A DNA stretch of 49,699 bases from an uncultured Methanosarcinales archaeon. Its GTDB lineage: Archaea; Halobacteriota; Methanosarcinia; Methanosarcinales; Methanosarcinaceae. Each line of letters begins with the position of its first letter. Position 1 is the stretch's first letter. The DNA lies in NCBI GenBank assembly GCA_964610495.1, contig CAZSVY010000157.1, forward strand, positions 1 to 49,699. The letters run 5' to 3'. The position numbers and the translations under genes were made by a program. The notes below the pieces were generated by a model that did no database searches, was not told the DNA's origin, and saw nothing but the letters and a program-made list of their open reading frames with translations. Of this stretch, positions 19,940 through 30,898 are shown one piece after another.

Positions 19940-20968
19940 TTATTTGAGAATTTCTGCCGTATACTTTGCAATCTCGCCAGCCATCTGACTGAGTTTCGCA
20001 TTGCCTCCGAGATCGTAAGTTACATACTTACCTTCGGAAATTACGCGCTCCGTAGCCTTAAATATTGCTTCGGACTTCTCCTTTTCACCAAGGTAATCAA
20101 GCATCCATGCTCCTGCAAGTACGGTTGCGACAGGATTTACTTTGTCCTGGCCTGCATACTTTGGAGCTGAACCGTGAGCTGGCTCAAACATTGCGAAAGA
20201 ATCGCCGATATTGGCAGAATAGATCAGCCCTATGCTGCCTACCAGGGCCGAGCATTCCTCACTGATTACATCCATAAAGAGGTTTGTAGAAAGGAGAACT
20301 TTTTTATTGAAAATCTGGGGGTTCTTGATCAGCTGTTGGGCAATATTGTCGATGTGATAGGGCCAGATTTCGATATCCGGGTAATCCTGGCCAATCTTTT
20401 CGACTTCTTCCAGGAAAGAGCCGCAGGTCAGTTTTAGAATATTGCTCTTATGGATGGGAACAACAGCGTCATAGCCTCTTTTCTTAGCTTCCTCGAAAGC
20501 ATAGCTGGCAATTTTGCGGGATGCTGTGCGTGTAATTTTGCGGATTGCAATCGAAACATCATCTGTCAGCTGGATTTCCTCTCCAATATAGAGACCTTCT
20601 GTGCCCTCGCGCACACAAACCATTTCCACGTCTCCGAGAGGTGCACTTGAGTTAGGGAAAGTCTTGATTGGCCTGACGTTTGCATAGAGATCATATTTTC
20701 TCCTTATAGATACGGCTACACTTCTTGGAGAGCCTATTCCTCCAGGCGTGGTTGTCGGGCCTTTAAAGCAGGCATCGGAACTGTCAAGGATTTCCCAGGT
20801 TTCATTCGGAATAAGGGAATTGCCTCCGTGCTTTTCCCACCACTCAGCCCCTGCCTCACACATAACGAATTCAATGTCTGTGCCAGCGGCTTCTACAACT
20901 TTAAGCATTGCGTCTACAAGCTCGGGGCCTACCCCGTCACCTTTGATTACTGCTGCGGTTTTACTCAT
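19940..20968 (-). CDS. Isocitrate/isopropylmalate dehydrogenase family protein
   Basis: GDGVGPE, KGPTTTP, DLYANVRP, REGTEGLY, HKSNIL, EPAHGSAP and TYDLGG motifs. Confidence 0.92.
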   Translation of the reverse strand: MSKTAAVIKGDGVGPELVDAMLKVVEAAGTDIEFVMCEAGAEWWEKHGGNSLIPNETWEILDSSDACFKGPTTTPGGIGSPRSVAVSIRRKYDLYANVRPIKTFPNSSAPLGDVEMVCVREGTEGLYIGEEIQLTDDVSIAIRKITRTASRKIASYAFEEAKKRGYDAVVPIHKSNILKLTCGSFLEEVEKIGQDYPDIEIWPYHIDNIAQQLIKNPQIFNKKVLLSTNLFMDVISEECSALVGSIGLIYSANIGDSFAMFEPAHGSAPKYAGQDKVNPVATVLAGAWMLDYLGEKEKSEAIFKATERVISEGKYVTYDLGGNAKLSQMAGEIAKYTAEILK

Positions 20969-21328
20969 ATTATCACCAGATCTTAGGGTTCGTATTTAAA
21001 GAACCGTAGCGACTGAAAAGCTAAAAAAAGGGAACTTTTCGAAAATTCGGTAAGAATAATTGGATCTTCCCGCGTACTCAACGTAAGGCTATATATTTCA
21101 AGTTTTGGGTAATTAATAATATGCCGAATAATCTCTGACGCGGGGTCAGGTCCGGGATATAGACACCTGCACACATTTCTAAGAAATCGAATCCATATTT
21201 TCAGGAAGTACCTATCCAGACTTGCCCTAAACTTCCGAGAAAGGAATGTGAACTTTAATCAAACCCAGAAACTTCAAAGAATTCAAACTTTGATCAAATT
21301 CAGAAACTCATACCTTCGAGGAATGAAA

Positions 21329-22171
21329 ATGCCTGTAAAAGTTCCGATTACCGATAATCACATGCATATCGATCCCAGAGCCAGGGGGCTTGAAGCAGTA
21401 AAGGAATTCAAGAACTCTGGAGGAACTCACATCATTCTGGTTACGAAACCCAGCTGGTCGCTTGGAATAAAGGTCCAAAAACCTGACGATTACCTCAAGG
21501 TTTTTGATGAAACTATAGAAATCGCGTCAAAGATCCGGGAGCTGGGAGTTGGAGCTTTTCCTGTGCTTGGAGTCCATCCGGCAGAAATTTCAAAGCTTAC
21601 CGAGTATATGGAGCTGCGGGAAGCCACAGAGATCATGCAGAAAGGCCTTGAGCTTGCTTCGGGATACGTTGAGAAGGGGCTTGCCGTAGGGATAAAGTCA
21701 GGGCGTCCTCATTACCCTGTGCCTGCAGAAGCCTGGGCAGCTTCGAACGAGATTATGGAATATGCATTTTCCCTGGGAAAAGAACAGGATTGCGCGGTTC
21801 AGCTCCATACCGAAAGTGTGGGAGAGCCTGAACTCCAGGACATAGCAGAGAGGGCAAGAAAGACAGGAATAAAAATGTACAGGGTTGTCAAACACTACTC
21901 GCCGCCTCTGGTAAAAACCTGTGAGGAGCTTGGGCTCTTTCCAGGGGTGATCTCGGTTAAAGGAGCAATCGAACGTGCACTTGAAGAAGGTACACGGTTT
22001 ATGATGGAAACGGATTACATTGACGATCCTGACAGGCCGGGCGCTGTACTTGGCCCGAAGACGATTCCCAAGAGAACCATAAAGCTCATGGAAATATACG
22101 GTGAAGAGCCTTTCTGGGACATTCATAAGGAAAACCCTGAAAAGGTATATGATATCGAAATCGAGATTTAA
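21329..22171 (+). CDS. TatD-related metal-dependent hydrolase
   Basis: DNHMH, GVHP, GRPHY, QLHTE and METDYIDDPDRPGAVLGP motifs; start moved to the ATG after GAGG. Confidence 0.88.
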   Translation: MPVKVPITDNHMHIDPRARGLEAVKEFKNSGGTHIILVTKPSWSLGIKVQKPDDYLKVFDETIEIASKIRELGVGAFPVLGVHPAEISKLTEYMELREATEIMQKGLELASGYVEKGLAVGIKSGRPHYPVPAEAWAASNEIMEYAFSLGKEQDCAVQLHTESVGEPELQDIAERARKTGIKMYRVVKHYSPPLVKTCEELGLFPGVISVKGAIERALEEGTRFMMETDYIDDPDRPGAVLGPKTIPKRTIKLMEIYGEEPFWDIHKENPEKVYDIEIEI

Positions 22172-22469
22172 GGCACTTCAAAGAAAGAAAATCAGATAAA
22201 AGAGTTGCAGGGCGCTATTAAGGAGGATTAACGATAAAAAGAAGAGATTTGAAACAAAAAAGCAACTTAAAGCCGTAAAAAATAAAAAAAGCACGTAAAA
22301 GCAGAGGGTGAAGGACATTAGAAAACGCCTTCGAATCGAACCCTCTGTTGTTCCCGGAAGGGAAAACTGCCGGAAACCAGGTGTTGCTGCCGGAACAGAG
22401 CCTGCAGTTGAAATTAACTTTCTCTTTACTTTACTTTGAAATTCACTCTTTTCGTTCTCTATTTTGAAA

Positions 22470-22955
22470 TTATTTTCTCTTTATTTTCACGATATCTCCG
22501 AGGGTAGTATCTTTCTTCATGTGAGAAACTTCCTGCCCTGAAACCTCCACACGTTCCGTAAGTTTGATGTTAAGAGCGTGTTCGAGTTTCTTTCGGACGG
22601 GATCTTCTGGCACTATTTCGTTGCGTTCTATCTTTTTGATCAGAGATGCTTTTTCTTTGATATTTTCAGCCAGGTCCTCCTGAGACCAGCCTTTGGCTTC
22701 TCTGGCATCCCGGATAATCTGATCATAGTTATCCAGGAGTTCGTCTTTCAAAATATCGAAAAAATCCTTTTTTGGCCTATTTTCGGTTCGTGTTACCGTC
22801 CGAACCACCGGAGAGACTTTTCTTGACACGGGAGTTCGCTTATCAACGGGTTTACCGTACGGAGCACATTTCTGGCAGACCTGGAGCTCGCTGTTATCAA
22901 TTGTAATGCACATAGGCTTTCCGCGGATCTCTGCACCACATATTTCGCACTGCAT
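22470..22955 (-). CDS. mbf1: Archaeal multiprotein bridging factor aMBF1
   Basis: N-terminal CEICG...CQKC zinc ribbon, HTH ([12 protein letters not shown]), C-terminal TLGD. Confidence 0.93.
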   Translation of the reverse strand: MQCEICGAEIRGKPMCITIDNSELQVCQKCAPYGKPVDKRTPVSRKVSPVVRTVTRTENRPKKDFFDILKDELLDNYDQIIRDAREAKGWSQEDLAENIKEKASLIKKIERNEIVPEDPVRKKLEHALNIKLTERVEVSGQEVSHMKKDTTLGDIVKIKRK

Positions 22956-23012
22956 ATTGATCACTTCGAAAACGCTATATACGGTATGAACTTAAATATT
23001 ATTCGGAGCTCC

Positions 23013-24308
23013 ATGACGGAAAGTACCAGAAGTAAGGATGAAAGCATGCGCAGTCACCTTGGTAAGTCCGGACCTTTGTATGACGGAATCGAGCCTGGAG
23101 AGCTGGGGGAAGTAACTGAAAGCGTCCAGGACCGAATGAGGCAACTTGAAAGCCGAAACAGTTTTCTGGAAGAGCAGTGCAGCCAAATTGAGTCCGAAAA
23201 ACGTTATCTTGAAAACCAAAAGATAAAGTATGAACGGGAAATACGAAAGCTGCAGTCTGAACTTGATCGGATGAAGACCTCTCCACTCATCATTGGTACG
23301 GTCATTGACGTGATTAAGAATGACAGGATAATTGTCCGGAGTAGCAACGGACCTCAGTTCCTGGTTAATGTCTCGCAATATATCGATGAAAAGAAACTGC
23401 TGCCAGGGGCAAAGGTTGCCCTGAACCAGCATACGCTTGCCATTGCCGAGGTTATTCCTTCTACGGAAGAGCCTTTTGTCGCTGCAATGGAGGTTCTCGA
23501 AAGCGTAGAAGTGGACTATGACCAGATAGGTGGTCTCGATGAACAAATCCAGGAACTTCAGGAAGCAGTCGAGCTTCCTCTAATTGAGCCGGAACGCTTT
23601 GCCCGGATAGGTATCGAGCCTCCTAAGGGAGTTCTTCTTTATGGACTTCCGGGAACAGGCAAAACCCTGCTTGCGAAAGCTGTGGCTCATAGAACCAATG
23701 CAACCTTCATCAGGGTTGTAGGCTCTGAGCTCGTGCAGAAATACATAGGGGACGGTTCCAAACTCGTAAGGGAAATCTTCGAGATGGCCAGGAAAAAAGC
23801 CCCGAGTATTATCTTCATTGATGAGCTGGACTCAATTGCCGCAAGGCGTTTGAATGAGACTACTGGCGCAGACCGTGAGGTTCAGAGGACGCTCATGCAG
23901 CTGCTGGCAGAGATGGATGGCTTTGACAAAAGGAAAAATATCAGGATTGTTGCAGCAACAAACCGTCCTGATGTCCTTGATCCGGCAATTCTCAGGCCAG
24001 GTCGCTTTGACAGGCTTGTCCATGTCCCGATGCCCGGAGTAGAAGCCAGAGGAAAGATTCTCAAAATCCACTGTGAGAGAATGACTCTTGCAGGAGATAT
24101 TGACTTTAAGAGGCTTGCAAAAGCTACCGAAGGAATGAGCGGAGCAGACCTGAAGGCAATAGCCACAGAAGCAGGTATGTTTGCGGTCAGGAAAGACAAA
24201 GAACTGGTTGAGATGGAAGATTTCCTCGAAGCAGTGGATAAGGTATCTATGGCTGCAGATACGCAGAAGATGATGCCCGCCAGTCTCCCTGAAAGCATGT
24301 TCGTGTAA
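23013..24308 (+). CDS. pan: Proteasome-activating nucleotidase
   Basis: Coiled coil, OB domain, [19 protein letters not shown] and [12 protein letters not shown]. Start is uncertain (22986, 23013 or 23046). Confidence 0.96.
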   Translation: MTESTRSKDESMRSHLGKSGPLYDGIEPGELGEVTESVQDRMRQLESRNSFLEEQCSQIESEKRYLENQKIKYEREIRKLQSELDRMKTSPLIIGTVIDVIKNDRIIVRSSNGPQFLVNVSQYIDEKKLLPGAKVALNQHTLAIAEVIPSTEEPFVAAMEVLESVEVDYDQIGGLDEQIQELQEAVELPLIEPERFARIGIEPPKGVLLYGLPGTGKTLLAKAVAHRTNATFIRVVGSELVQKYIGDGSKLVREIFEMARKKAPSIIFIDELDSIAARRLNETTGADREVQRTLMQLLAEMDGFDKRKNIRIVAATNRPDVLDPAILRPGRFDRLVHVPMPGVEARGKILKIHCERMTLAGDIDFKRLAKATEGMSGADLKAIATEAGMFAVRKDKELVEMEDFLEAVDKVSMAADTQKMMPASLPESMFV

Positions 24309-24333
24309 AAAGTTCCCAGGTAAACCGAAAGAA

Positions 24334-24362
24334 AGCCCCCTCAGGGGCTCATTTTTATCTTT
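24334..24362 (+). terminator. Hairpin plus T-tract after pan
   Basis: AGCCCC-CTCA-GGGGCT followed by CATTTTTATCTTT. Confidence 0.55.
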
Positions 24363-24484
24363 GGCTTGAGAGAAATCAGGGTTTTTGCCGGAAAAATGAG
24401 GCTTTCCCTGGACAGAGCTTTTGTTAGAGGGCATGTACGGGAAACCGACAAACTATTTTTGTAATCCAGACATAAAGAGCACCT

Positions 24485-25069
24485 GTGAATTCAGATTTTC
24501 ATATCAAACCCGAAATTCGAATTCTGGGTATAGATGATTCTGCGCTCCTCAAAGAGAAGGTAATGATAGTCGGGGCTGTTTTTCGGGGCGGAGACTGGAT
24601 TGACGGAGTCCTTCGTTCAGAGATCACAAAGGACGGGCTTGATGCTACTGATGTCATCTGCAACATGATAAAGAAGAGCAAACACTACGGCCAGATAAGA
24701 GCGGTTATTCTCGATGGAATCACCTATGGAGGCTTTAATGTTGTGGATATACAGCTGCTTTACAGGGAAACCGGAATCCCTGTAATTGCGGTTATGCGGT
24801 CTTATCCGGATTTTGAGAAAATCAAATCTGCCCTTAAACATTTCCCGGACGGAGAAGAACGCTGGACGATAATAAAGCGAGCCGGAAAAATAGAAAAAAT
24901 TACCGGTGAAAAGAATCTTATTTATATCCAGAGAGCAGGCATAGGCCTTGAAACCGTGAAAAGGATTATCCGGCTTACCTCAATAAGAAGCAATATTCCT
25001 GAACCTCTGAGGGTTGCCCACCTGATCGCGACAGGCATTATCTTAGGCGAATCCAGAGGAAAAGCGTAA
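24485..25069 (+). CDS. DUF99 / UPF0215 (endonuclease dU-like) protein
   Basis: ILGIDD, DGLDAT, LDGITYGGFNVVD and PEPLRVAHLIA motifs. Confidence 0.88.
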   Translation: MNSDFHIKPEIRILGIDDSALLKEKVMIVGAVFRGGDWIDGVLRSEITKDGLDATDVICNMIKKSKHYGQIRAVILDGITYGGFNVVDIQLLYRETGIPVIAVMRSYPDFEKIKSALKHFPDGEERWTIIKRAGKIEKITGEKNLIYIQRAGIGLETVKRIIRLTSIRSNIPEPLRVAHLIATGIILGESRGKA

Positions 25070-25493
25070 CTGCGGTTAATTCTCCAGGACGTGAGAAATA
25101 TGAAACTGAATATCATGTCAGGAGGGTGAAGACGCATAAACTCAGAGAAAAGGGAAAGGTAAAAATACAGGGACGGCTTGAAAAAAATAAAATAATAAAA
25201 AAATAAACAATTTAGTTAAAGAAATTAAAGAAGATTGGGAAGAAAGGAATAAAACATTGGGAATAAAATATCGGGAGTAAAACCACACCATAATAGCCGT
25301 GGGAAGAAAACCTGAGGCTAAGCAGGAAAGTAGAAGAATTTAATAAAATTATTAAACAAATACAGTATAAGTTTAAAGACTGGAAAAGGAAAACTATTAA
25401 ATTGGAAACTGTATATGTGATGGTTAAAATACACATGTTCCCTCTGAAAATAAATTTATTCTTTAATACCAGCCATTAAAATTACCCCATAGA

Positions 25494-26636
25494 ATGGAGG
25501 AAAACAGTAGCATGAGATCCATTGTGGAAGAAGCCCTTGCTCGATCTGCCCTGGAAGGACGTGCCGGGCAGAGAGAGTACTCAAATTCAGATTACTCTAG
25601 CGTAGACTCAGATGTTGATGCTGAACTCGAAGAGATCCTCAGAAGCCTCAAAACAACCATCAAAGTGGTAGGTTGCGGAGGCGGCGGTTCAAACAGCATC
25701 CAGCGCATGATGGGCGAAGGGATCCAGGGAGCGGACCTCGTAGCCGTGAATACTGATGCCCAGCACCTTCTTCATATACGCTCCGGCAAAAAGATTCTTA
25801 TCGGGAAAAAGAAAACCCGTGGACTTGGAGCCGGCAGCCTCCCCCAGATCGGAGAAGATGCTGCAATCGAGAGTATCGACGAAATTAACAAAGTTGTCGA
25901 AGGCGCTGACATGGTCTTTATCACCGCAGGTCTTGGAGGAGGAACCGGTACAGGATCGGCCCCTATAGTAGCTGAGGCCGCCAGAGATGCAGGAGCCCTT
26001 ACGATCGCAGTCGTCACCCTGCCCTTCAGTGTGGAAGGCCATGTCCGCAGAACCAATGCAGAGGCAGGTCTTGAACGCCTGAGAGATGTCGCAGACACGG
26101 TAATAGTGGTCCCTAACGATAAGTTGATTGAAGTCGTTCCGAGACTCCCACTTCAGGCTGCCTTCAAAGTCTCAGATGAAGTTCTTATGAGAGCCGTAAA
26201 GGGCATAACCGAACTGATCACAAAACCCGGGCTTGTAAACCTCGATTTTGCAGATATCAGAACTGTTATGCAGAACGGAGGCGTCGCAATGATAGGACTT
26301 GGAGAATCCGACGGGGAGAACAAAGCTGTCGAATCCGTGCAGAAAGCCCTGCGCAGCCCGCTTCTTGATGTGGACATCTCAGGTGCGACCTCTGCCCTTG
26401 TTAATGTGGTTGGAGGCCCTGACATGACGATTTCGGAAGCTGAGTGTGTGGTTCAGGAGGTTTACAGCCGGATAGACGCAAACGCCCGCCTGATCTGGGG
26501 TGCCCAGATTGACCCTGACCTTGAACAGACCGTGCGTACGATGATCGTGGTTACAGGAGTAACATCCGCCCAGATTTATGGCCACGGAAATGACAAGAAT
26601 ATTACCTTTAAATATGGAATTGATTTTGTAGAGTGA
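25494..26636 (+). CDS. ftsZ: Cell division protein FtsZ
   Basis: [24 protein letters not shown] and NLDFAD motifs; ftsZ-secE-spt5 synteny. Confidence 0.97.
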   Translation: MEENSSMRSIVEEALARSALEGRAGQREYSNSDYSSVDSDVDAELEEILRSLKTTIKVVGCGGGGSNSIQRMMGEGIQGADLVAVNTDAQHLLHIRSGKKILIGKKKTRGLGAGSLPQIGEDAAIESIDEINKVVEGADMVFITAGLGGGTGTGSAPIVAEAARDAGALTIAVVTLPFSVEGHVRRTNAEAGLERLRDVADTVIVVPNDKLIEVVPRLPLQAAFKVSDEVLMRAVKGITELITKPGLVNLDFADIRTVMQNGGVAMIGLGESDGENKAVESVQKALRSPLLDVDISGATSALVNVVGGPDMTISEAECVVQEVYSRIDANARLIWGAQIDPDLEQTVRTMIVVTGVTSAQIYGHGNDKNITFKYGIDFVE

Positions 26637-27045
26637 TCAAACCAGAGACAAAAGGGACTAAAATCTTCGGTTGGAGAAAAATACTGTTTTCCTCTCTTTA
26701 AAATAAAAATAAGGGATAGGAATAAAAACCAATCGAAAACTATTTTTATGGTAAGTGCCGTATGATGCCGATACAATTCGGCATCAAAAATTTCTACTGA
26801 CGCGATTAAAGATTTGGAATAAATTGAAATTCAGCATCGAAATCTTTTGACGTTTTAAAAGCCGTGTCAGTGATATCTTCATATAATAGGAATTAATAAT
26901 ATAAACCGCCCGTTCCTTCCTTAACATAAATCCGGAAATTCTGCATGTAAGAAAAGCGAATTTCGGGAACGGAAAACACAGGAAGAACTGTAGGCAAAAA
27001 ATTCAAGATAGATAAGCAAAATAAAGAAAACCTGGATGTGAATTG

Positions 27046-27261
27046 ATGGTAGAATCCACGTTTGAACCGAAAATAACTGCAGAAAGCGTTGGTCAGGTAA
27101 TCCGGGCACACCTGAGAGTCCTGAAACTTACTAAGAAACCGTCCAGGGAAGAGTTCTTGACCATTGCCAAAGTTGCAGGTATTGGCATTCTGGCTGTGGG
27201 AGCAATAGGATTTATAGTATACGTACTGTTGACAATGTTGCCCCAGTGGGTGGCTCAATGA
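27046..27261 (+). CDS. secE: Protein translocase SecE/Sec61-gamma
   Basis: RVLKLTKKPSREEF followed by one TM helix. Confidence 0.94.
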   Translation: MVESTFEPKITAESVGQVIRAHLRVLKLTKKPSREEFLTIAKVAGIGILAVGAIGFIVYVLLTMLPQWVAQ

Positions 27262-27716
27262 GTGAGGATTCCCAGATATTTGTAATCAAAACCACGGCAA
27301 ACCAGGAAAGATCGGTTGCAACAGCCCTTGCCAGGATTTCGAAAAAGGAGAAGCTGGATATAAGGGCAATTCTGGCTCCTGATGAGCTAAAAGGATATGT
27401 CCTTGTCGAGGCTCCTAAATCCGGAATTGTAGAACTGGCAATCCAGACTATTCCCCATGCACGGGCTCTTGTGAAAGGGAGCTCTTCAATTGCTGAAATT
27501 GAGCATTTCCTTAAACCCAAACCAACAGTGACAGGAATCAAGGAAGGGGCTATAATTGAGGTCACTTCAGGACCCTTTAAAGGGGAGAAAGCCCGGGTTA
27601 AAAGGGTTGATGAAGGGCATGAGGAAATTACTGTGGAACTGTTTGATGCTGTGGTTCCGATTCCCATCACGATTCGCGGCGACACTGTCAGAATACTTAA
27701 AAAAGAAAACGATTGA
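27258..27716 (+). CDS. spt5: Transcription elongation factor Spt5/NusG
   Basis: TTANQE, LKGYVLVE, KOW motif GPFKGEKARV; ATGA overlap with secE. Confidence 0.95.
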   Translation: MSEDSQIFVIKTTANQERSVATALARISKKEKLDIRAILAPDELKGYVLVEAPKSGIVELAIQTIPHARALVKGSSSIAEIEHFLKPKPTVTGIKEGAIIEVTSGPFKGEKARVKRVDEGHEEITVELFDAVVPIPITIRGDTVRILKKEND

Positions 27717-27838
27717 AGCCGCAGCGAGATGGTAAATACCTAAAAATTCCAGCTTATTAATAAATAAAATCGCCAGTACTCAGAGTAGATCGAAACAGAT
27801 CTGCAAAGTTCATAGTTATTGAAATCGGTGAGACTCAG

Positions 27839-28324
27839 ATGACAAGTATTGTTGAAGCACTTGTCCCAGGAGGAAAAGCGAATCCTGGACCACCTTTAGG
27901 TCCGGCGCTTGGTCCACTTGGGGTCAACATAAAAGAAGTGGTCGAAAAGATCAATGAAAAAACCAGGGACTATAATGGAATGCAGGTCCCCGTTAAAGTA
28001 ATTGTTGACGATAAGAAGAATGTCGAGATCGAAGTGGGTACTCCACCTACCGCATCCCTGATCATGAAAGAGCTAGGGATTCAGAAGGGATCAGGAAATG
28101 CAGGAAGCGAAGTTGTTGGAAACCTCAACATGTCGCAGGTAGCAAAGATCGCTCGCATGAAAAAGGAAGATGTACTTTCCTACGATCTCAAGTCAACAAT
28201 GAAAGAGGTAATAGGTACCTGTGTCCCCATGGGTGTGACCGTAGAGGGAGTTAAGGCCAAAGACAGCCAGAAGGCACTCGATCAGGGCAAGTTCGATGAT
28301 TTGCTTGCCGGCGAGGAATGGTAA
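27839..28324 (+). CDS. rpl11: 50S ribosomal protein L11
   Basis: GGKANPGPPLGPALGPLG and GTCVPMG motifs. Confidence 0.97.
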   Translation: MTSIVEALVPGGKANPGPPLGPALGPLGVNIKEVVEKINEKTRDYNGMQVPVKVIVDDKKNVEIEVGTPPTASLIMKELGIQKGSGNAGSEVVGNLNMSQVAKIARMKKEDVLSYDLKSTMKEVIGTCVPMGVTVEGVKAKDSQKALDQGKFDDLLAGEEW

Positions 28325-28479
28325 GCCTTCCCATCCCTTTACTGTTTAATCCGGGACTTCGTTACCACCAATAGTTTTAAATCGGATAGCACTAATAGCT
28401 CAAGAACCTTGCATATCGTTGCAATAAATTAAAATAATAGCTATTAGCGGCTTACTGTTAAGAATAGCAGAACCCGGAT

Positions 28480-28560
28480 TCATGGGGAAGCCCTAAGACC
28501 AACCGTAGTAAGCCGAAAAGGCTGCTTGGACAAGCAAGTTCAAACACTACGGGGAGGAAC
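28480..28560 (+). promoter_or_regulatory. Structured leader before rpl1 (candidate r-protein autoregulatory element)
   Basis: CCGTAGT/ACTACGG stem (28503-28509 with 28546-28552) encloses two hairpins and runs into the GGGGAGG SD. Confidence 0.45.
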
Positions 28561-28563
28561 AAG

Positions 28564-29205
28564 ATGGCAGAAAAAATTATACTGGAAGCTGTCAAGAAAG
28601 TACTCGAAGAATCGCCAAAACGCAATTTCTCTGAGAGCGTGGACCTGGCGATTAACTTGAAGAATCTTGACATGAACCAACCGAAGAATAGAGTCGATGA
28701 AGAAGTAATTCTTCCTCACGGGCTCGGAAAAGAACTGAAGATCGGCGTTTTTGCAAAAGGTGATGTGGGCCTGAGAGCAAAGGCTGCCGGTGCTGCGTAT
28801 GTTATTTCTGATGTTGAGCTCGATGAACTGGTCGCTGACAAAAACAGAGCCAGGACTCTTGCAAACGAATGTGACCTTTTTATCGCAGAAACCCAGTTCA
28901 TGCCAACAATTGGTAAGAATCTCGGTATTGTTCTTGGACCCAGAGGTAAAATGCCTATTCCACTCTTACCTAACAAGGACATAGGCGAACTTATCCAGAG
29001 CAAGCAAAATGCGGTCAGGTTGAGGTCAAAAGACAAGCTTACTTTCCATGTGCCTGTTGGCCGAAGGAATATGAGTCCCGACGACCTTTCCGAAAACATT
29101 GAGACTATAGTTTCCAGACTGGAGCGTGTCCTGGATAAGGGCAAACACAACCTGAGAACAGTCTATGTCACGACAACTATGGGAAAATCCGAAAGGGTGG
29201 TGTAA
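28564..29205 (+). CDS. rpl1: 50S ribosomal protein L1
   Basis: RNFSESVDLAINLK, LGPRGKMP and TTMG motifs. Confidence 0.97.
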   Translation: MAEKIILEAVKKVLEESPKRNFSESVDLAINLKNLDMNQPKNRVDEEVILPHGLGKELKIGVFAKGDVGLRAKAAGAAYVISDVELDELVADKNRARTLANECDLFIAETQFMPTIGKNLGIVLGPRGKMPIPLLPNKDIGELIQSKQNAVRLRSKDKLTFHVPVGRRNMSPDDLSENIETIVSRLERVLDKGKHNLRTVYVTTTMGKSERVV

Positions 29206-30240
29206 ATGGCAGAGGAGAAACATCACACGGAGCACGTCCCACAGTGGAAAAAGGATGAGATAGAGAATATAAAGGAACTCATCCAGTCCCACAAGGTCTT
29301 CGGAATGGTCGGGATCGAAGGTATTCTTGCAACCAAGATCCAGAAAATTCGCAGGGACCTTAAAGACGTTGCAGTGCTCAAAGTCTCAAGGAACACCCTT
29401 ACAGAGCGGGCTTTAAATCAGCTCGGAGAAAGCATTCCCGAGATGAATAAATATCTTGACAAGCAGACTGCTCTGATATTTACCAACGAAAGTCCCTTCA
29501 AGCTTTACAAAGTGCTTGAACAGACAAAAACCCCTTCTCCGATCAAAGGAGGCGCAATAGCTCCTGCGGACATTACTGTTCAGAAGGGGCCTACCAGTTT
29601 CCCACCGGGCCCGATTCTCGGAGAACTCCAGAGCGCAGGAATTCCAGCTTCAATAGAGGCAGGAAAAGTTGCAGTAAAGGAAACTAAGGTTGTCTGTAAA
29701 GCAGGTGAGGCAGTCCCGCAGAAGCTCGCAACCATGCTCTCAAAGCTGGAGATATACCCTCTCATTGTAGGGCTGGACTTAAGAGCCGCCTATGACGATG
29801 GGACAATTTACGAGCCGGAACTCCTTGCAATTGACGAAAGTCGGTACTTCTCGGACATTATCAGAGCAGCTCAGAACGCTTTCAATCTCTCTGTCAACAC
29901 TGCATACCCGACAAGCGCAACAATCGGTACCCTGCTGGCAAAAGCCTTTGCAGAGTCAAAGAACCTTGGTGTCAACGCTGTCGTGTTTGATTCAGGAGTC
30001 ATGGACGTTTTGCTGGCAAAAGCTCATGTCCAGATGACATCCATTGCATCCAAAGCCGCAGACAAAGATGCAAATGCCGTAGACGACGAACTGAGGGAAG
30101 TTCTCGGAGCAGCCGCAAGCGCAGCCGCAGCCGCTGCAACCAGGGAACCCGAGAAGAAAGAAGAAGTAAAGGAAGAAGAGGAAGAAGAAGACCACGCCGA
30201 AGAAGATGGAATGGCCGGTCTCGGTGCCCTTTTCGGATGA
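29206..30240 (+). CDS. rpl10: 50S ribosomal protein L10 (P0)
   Basis: PQWK, VSRNTL and GPTSFPPGP motifs; acidic tail ending GLGALFG. Confidence 0.96.
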   Translation: MAEEKHHTEHVPQWKKDEIENIKELIQSHKVFGMVGIEGILATKIQKIRRDLKDVAVLKVSRNTLTERALNQLGESIPEMNKYLDKQTALIFTNESPFKLYKVLEQTKTPSPIKGGAIAPADITVQKGPTSFPPGPILGELQSAGIPASIEAGKVAVKETKVVCKAGEAVPQKLATMLSKLEIYPLIVGLDLRAAYDDGTIYEPELLAIDESRYFSDIIRAAQNAFNLSVNTAYPTSATIGTLLAKAFAESKNLGVNAVVFDSGVMDVLLAKAHVQMTSIASKAADKDANAVDDELREVLGAAASAAAAAATREPEKKEEVKEEEEEEDHAEEDGMAGLGALFG

Positions 30241-30276
30241 ATAAATTTACGATAATTGAAACTTAGGTGATCAACG

Positions 30277-30588
30277 ATGGAATACATATATGCAGCTCTC
30301 TTATTGCACAACGCTGGTAAAACAATTACCGAAGACGCAATTACTGCCGTTCTCCAGGCAGCAGGTATCGAAGTTAACGAAGCCAGGGTAAAGGCCCTCG
30401 TCTCAGCCCTTGAAGGCGTAGACATCGAAGAAGCAATTGCAAAGGCAGCATTCGCAGCTCCCGCAGCCGCAGCAGCCCCTGCAGCCGCAGCCCCTGCAGC
30501 AGAAGAAGCTCCTGCTGAAGAAGAGGAAGAAGAAGAAGACACTTCTGAAGAAGACGGAATGGCCGGTCTCGGCGCCCTCTTCGGATAA
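30277..30588 (+). CDS. rpl12: 50S ribosomal protein L12 (P1)
   Basis: [11 protein letters not shown], Ala-rich hinge, acidic tail ending GLGALFG. Confidence 0.97.
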   Translation: MEYIYAALLLHNAGKTITEDAITAVLQAAGIEVNEARVKALVSALEGVDIEEAIAKAAFAAPAAAAAPAAAAPAAEEAPAEEEEEEEDTSEEDGMAGLGALFG

Positions 30589-30613
30589 ACACAAATAGGA
30601 TTTTAATACCTAC

Positions 30614-30643
30614 AGCTCGCCTTACGGCGGGCACTCTTTTTTA
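30614..30643 (+). terminator. Terminator after the r-protein operon
   Basis: GCTCGCC-TTAC-GGCGGGC hairpin followed by a T run. Confidence 0.7.
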
Positions 30644-30898
30644 TGTTTCAGCTTATGTTTAGTTCAAGTTGCAGACATTCAGAATAACTTTTTTTCTGTA
30701 AAACTTCTCTAGAATTATTTTTAGGATTTATTTTCCAAAACTTTTAGAGTTAAAATTTTAGAGTTACCTTTATCGCTCAGCTTTTGAGTGAAAGTACCTT
30801 TCAAAAAATAGATAATTACAACAAATTTATTTATAATGTAAACGTTCTTTACTAATATAGATAAATGACTCTTAAATTCCATTAGACAAACGATCTAT

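Noticed and set aside
30190-30588. Near-identical 3' ends of rpl10 and rpl12
   Set aside because: This is the known conserved acidic C-terminal tail of archaeal stalk proteins.
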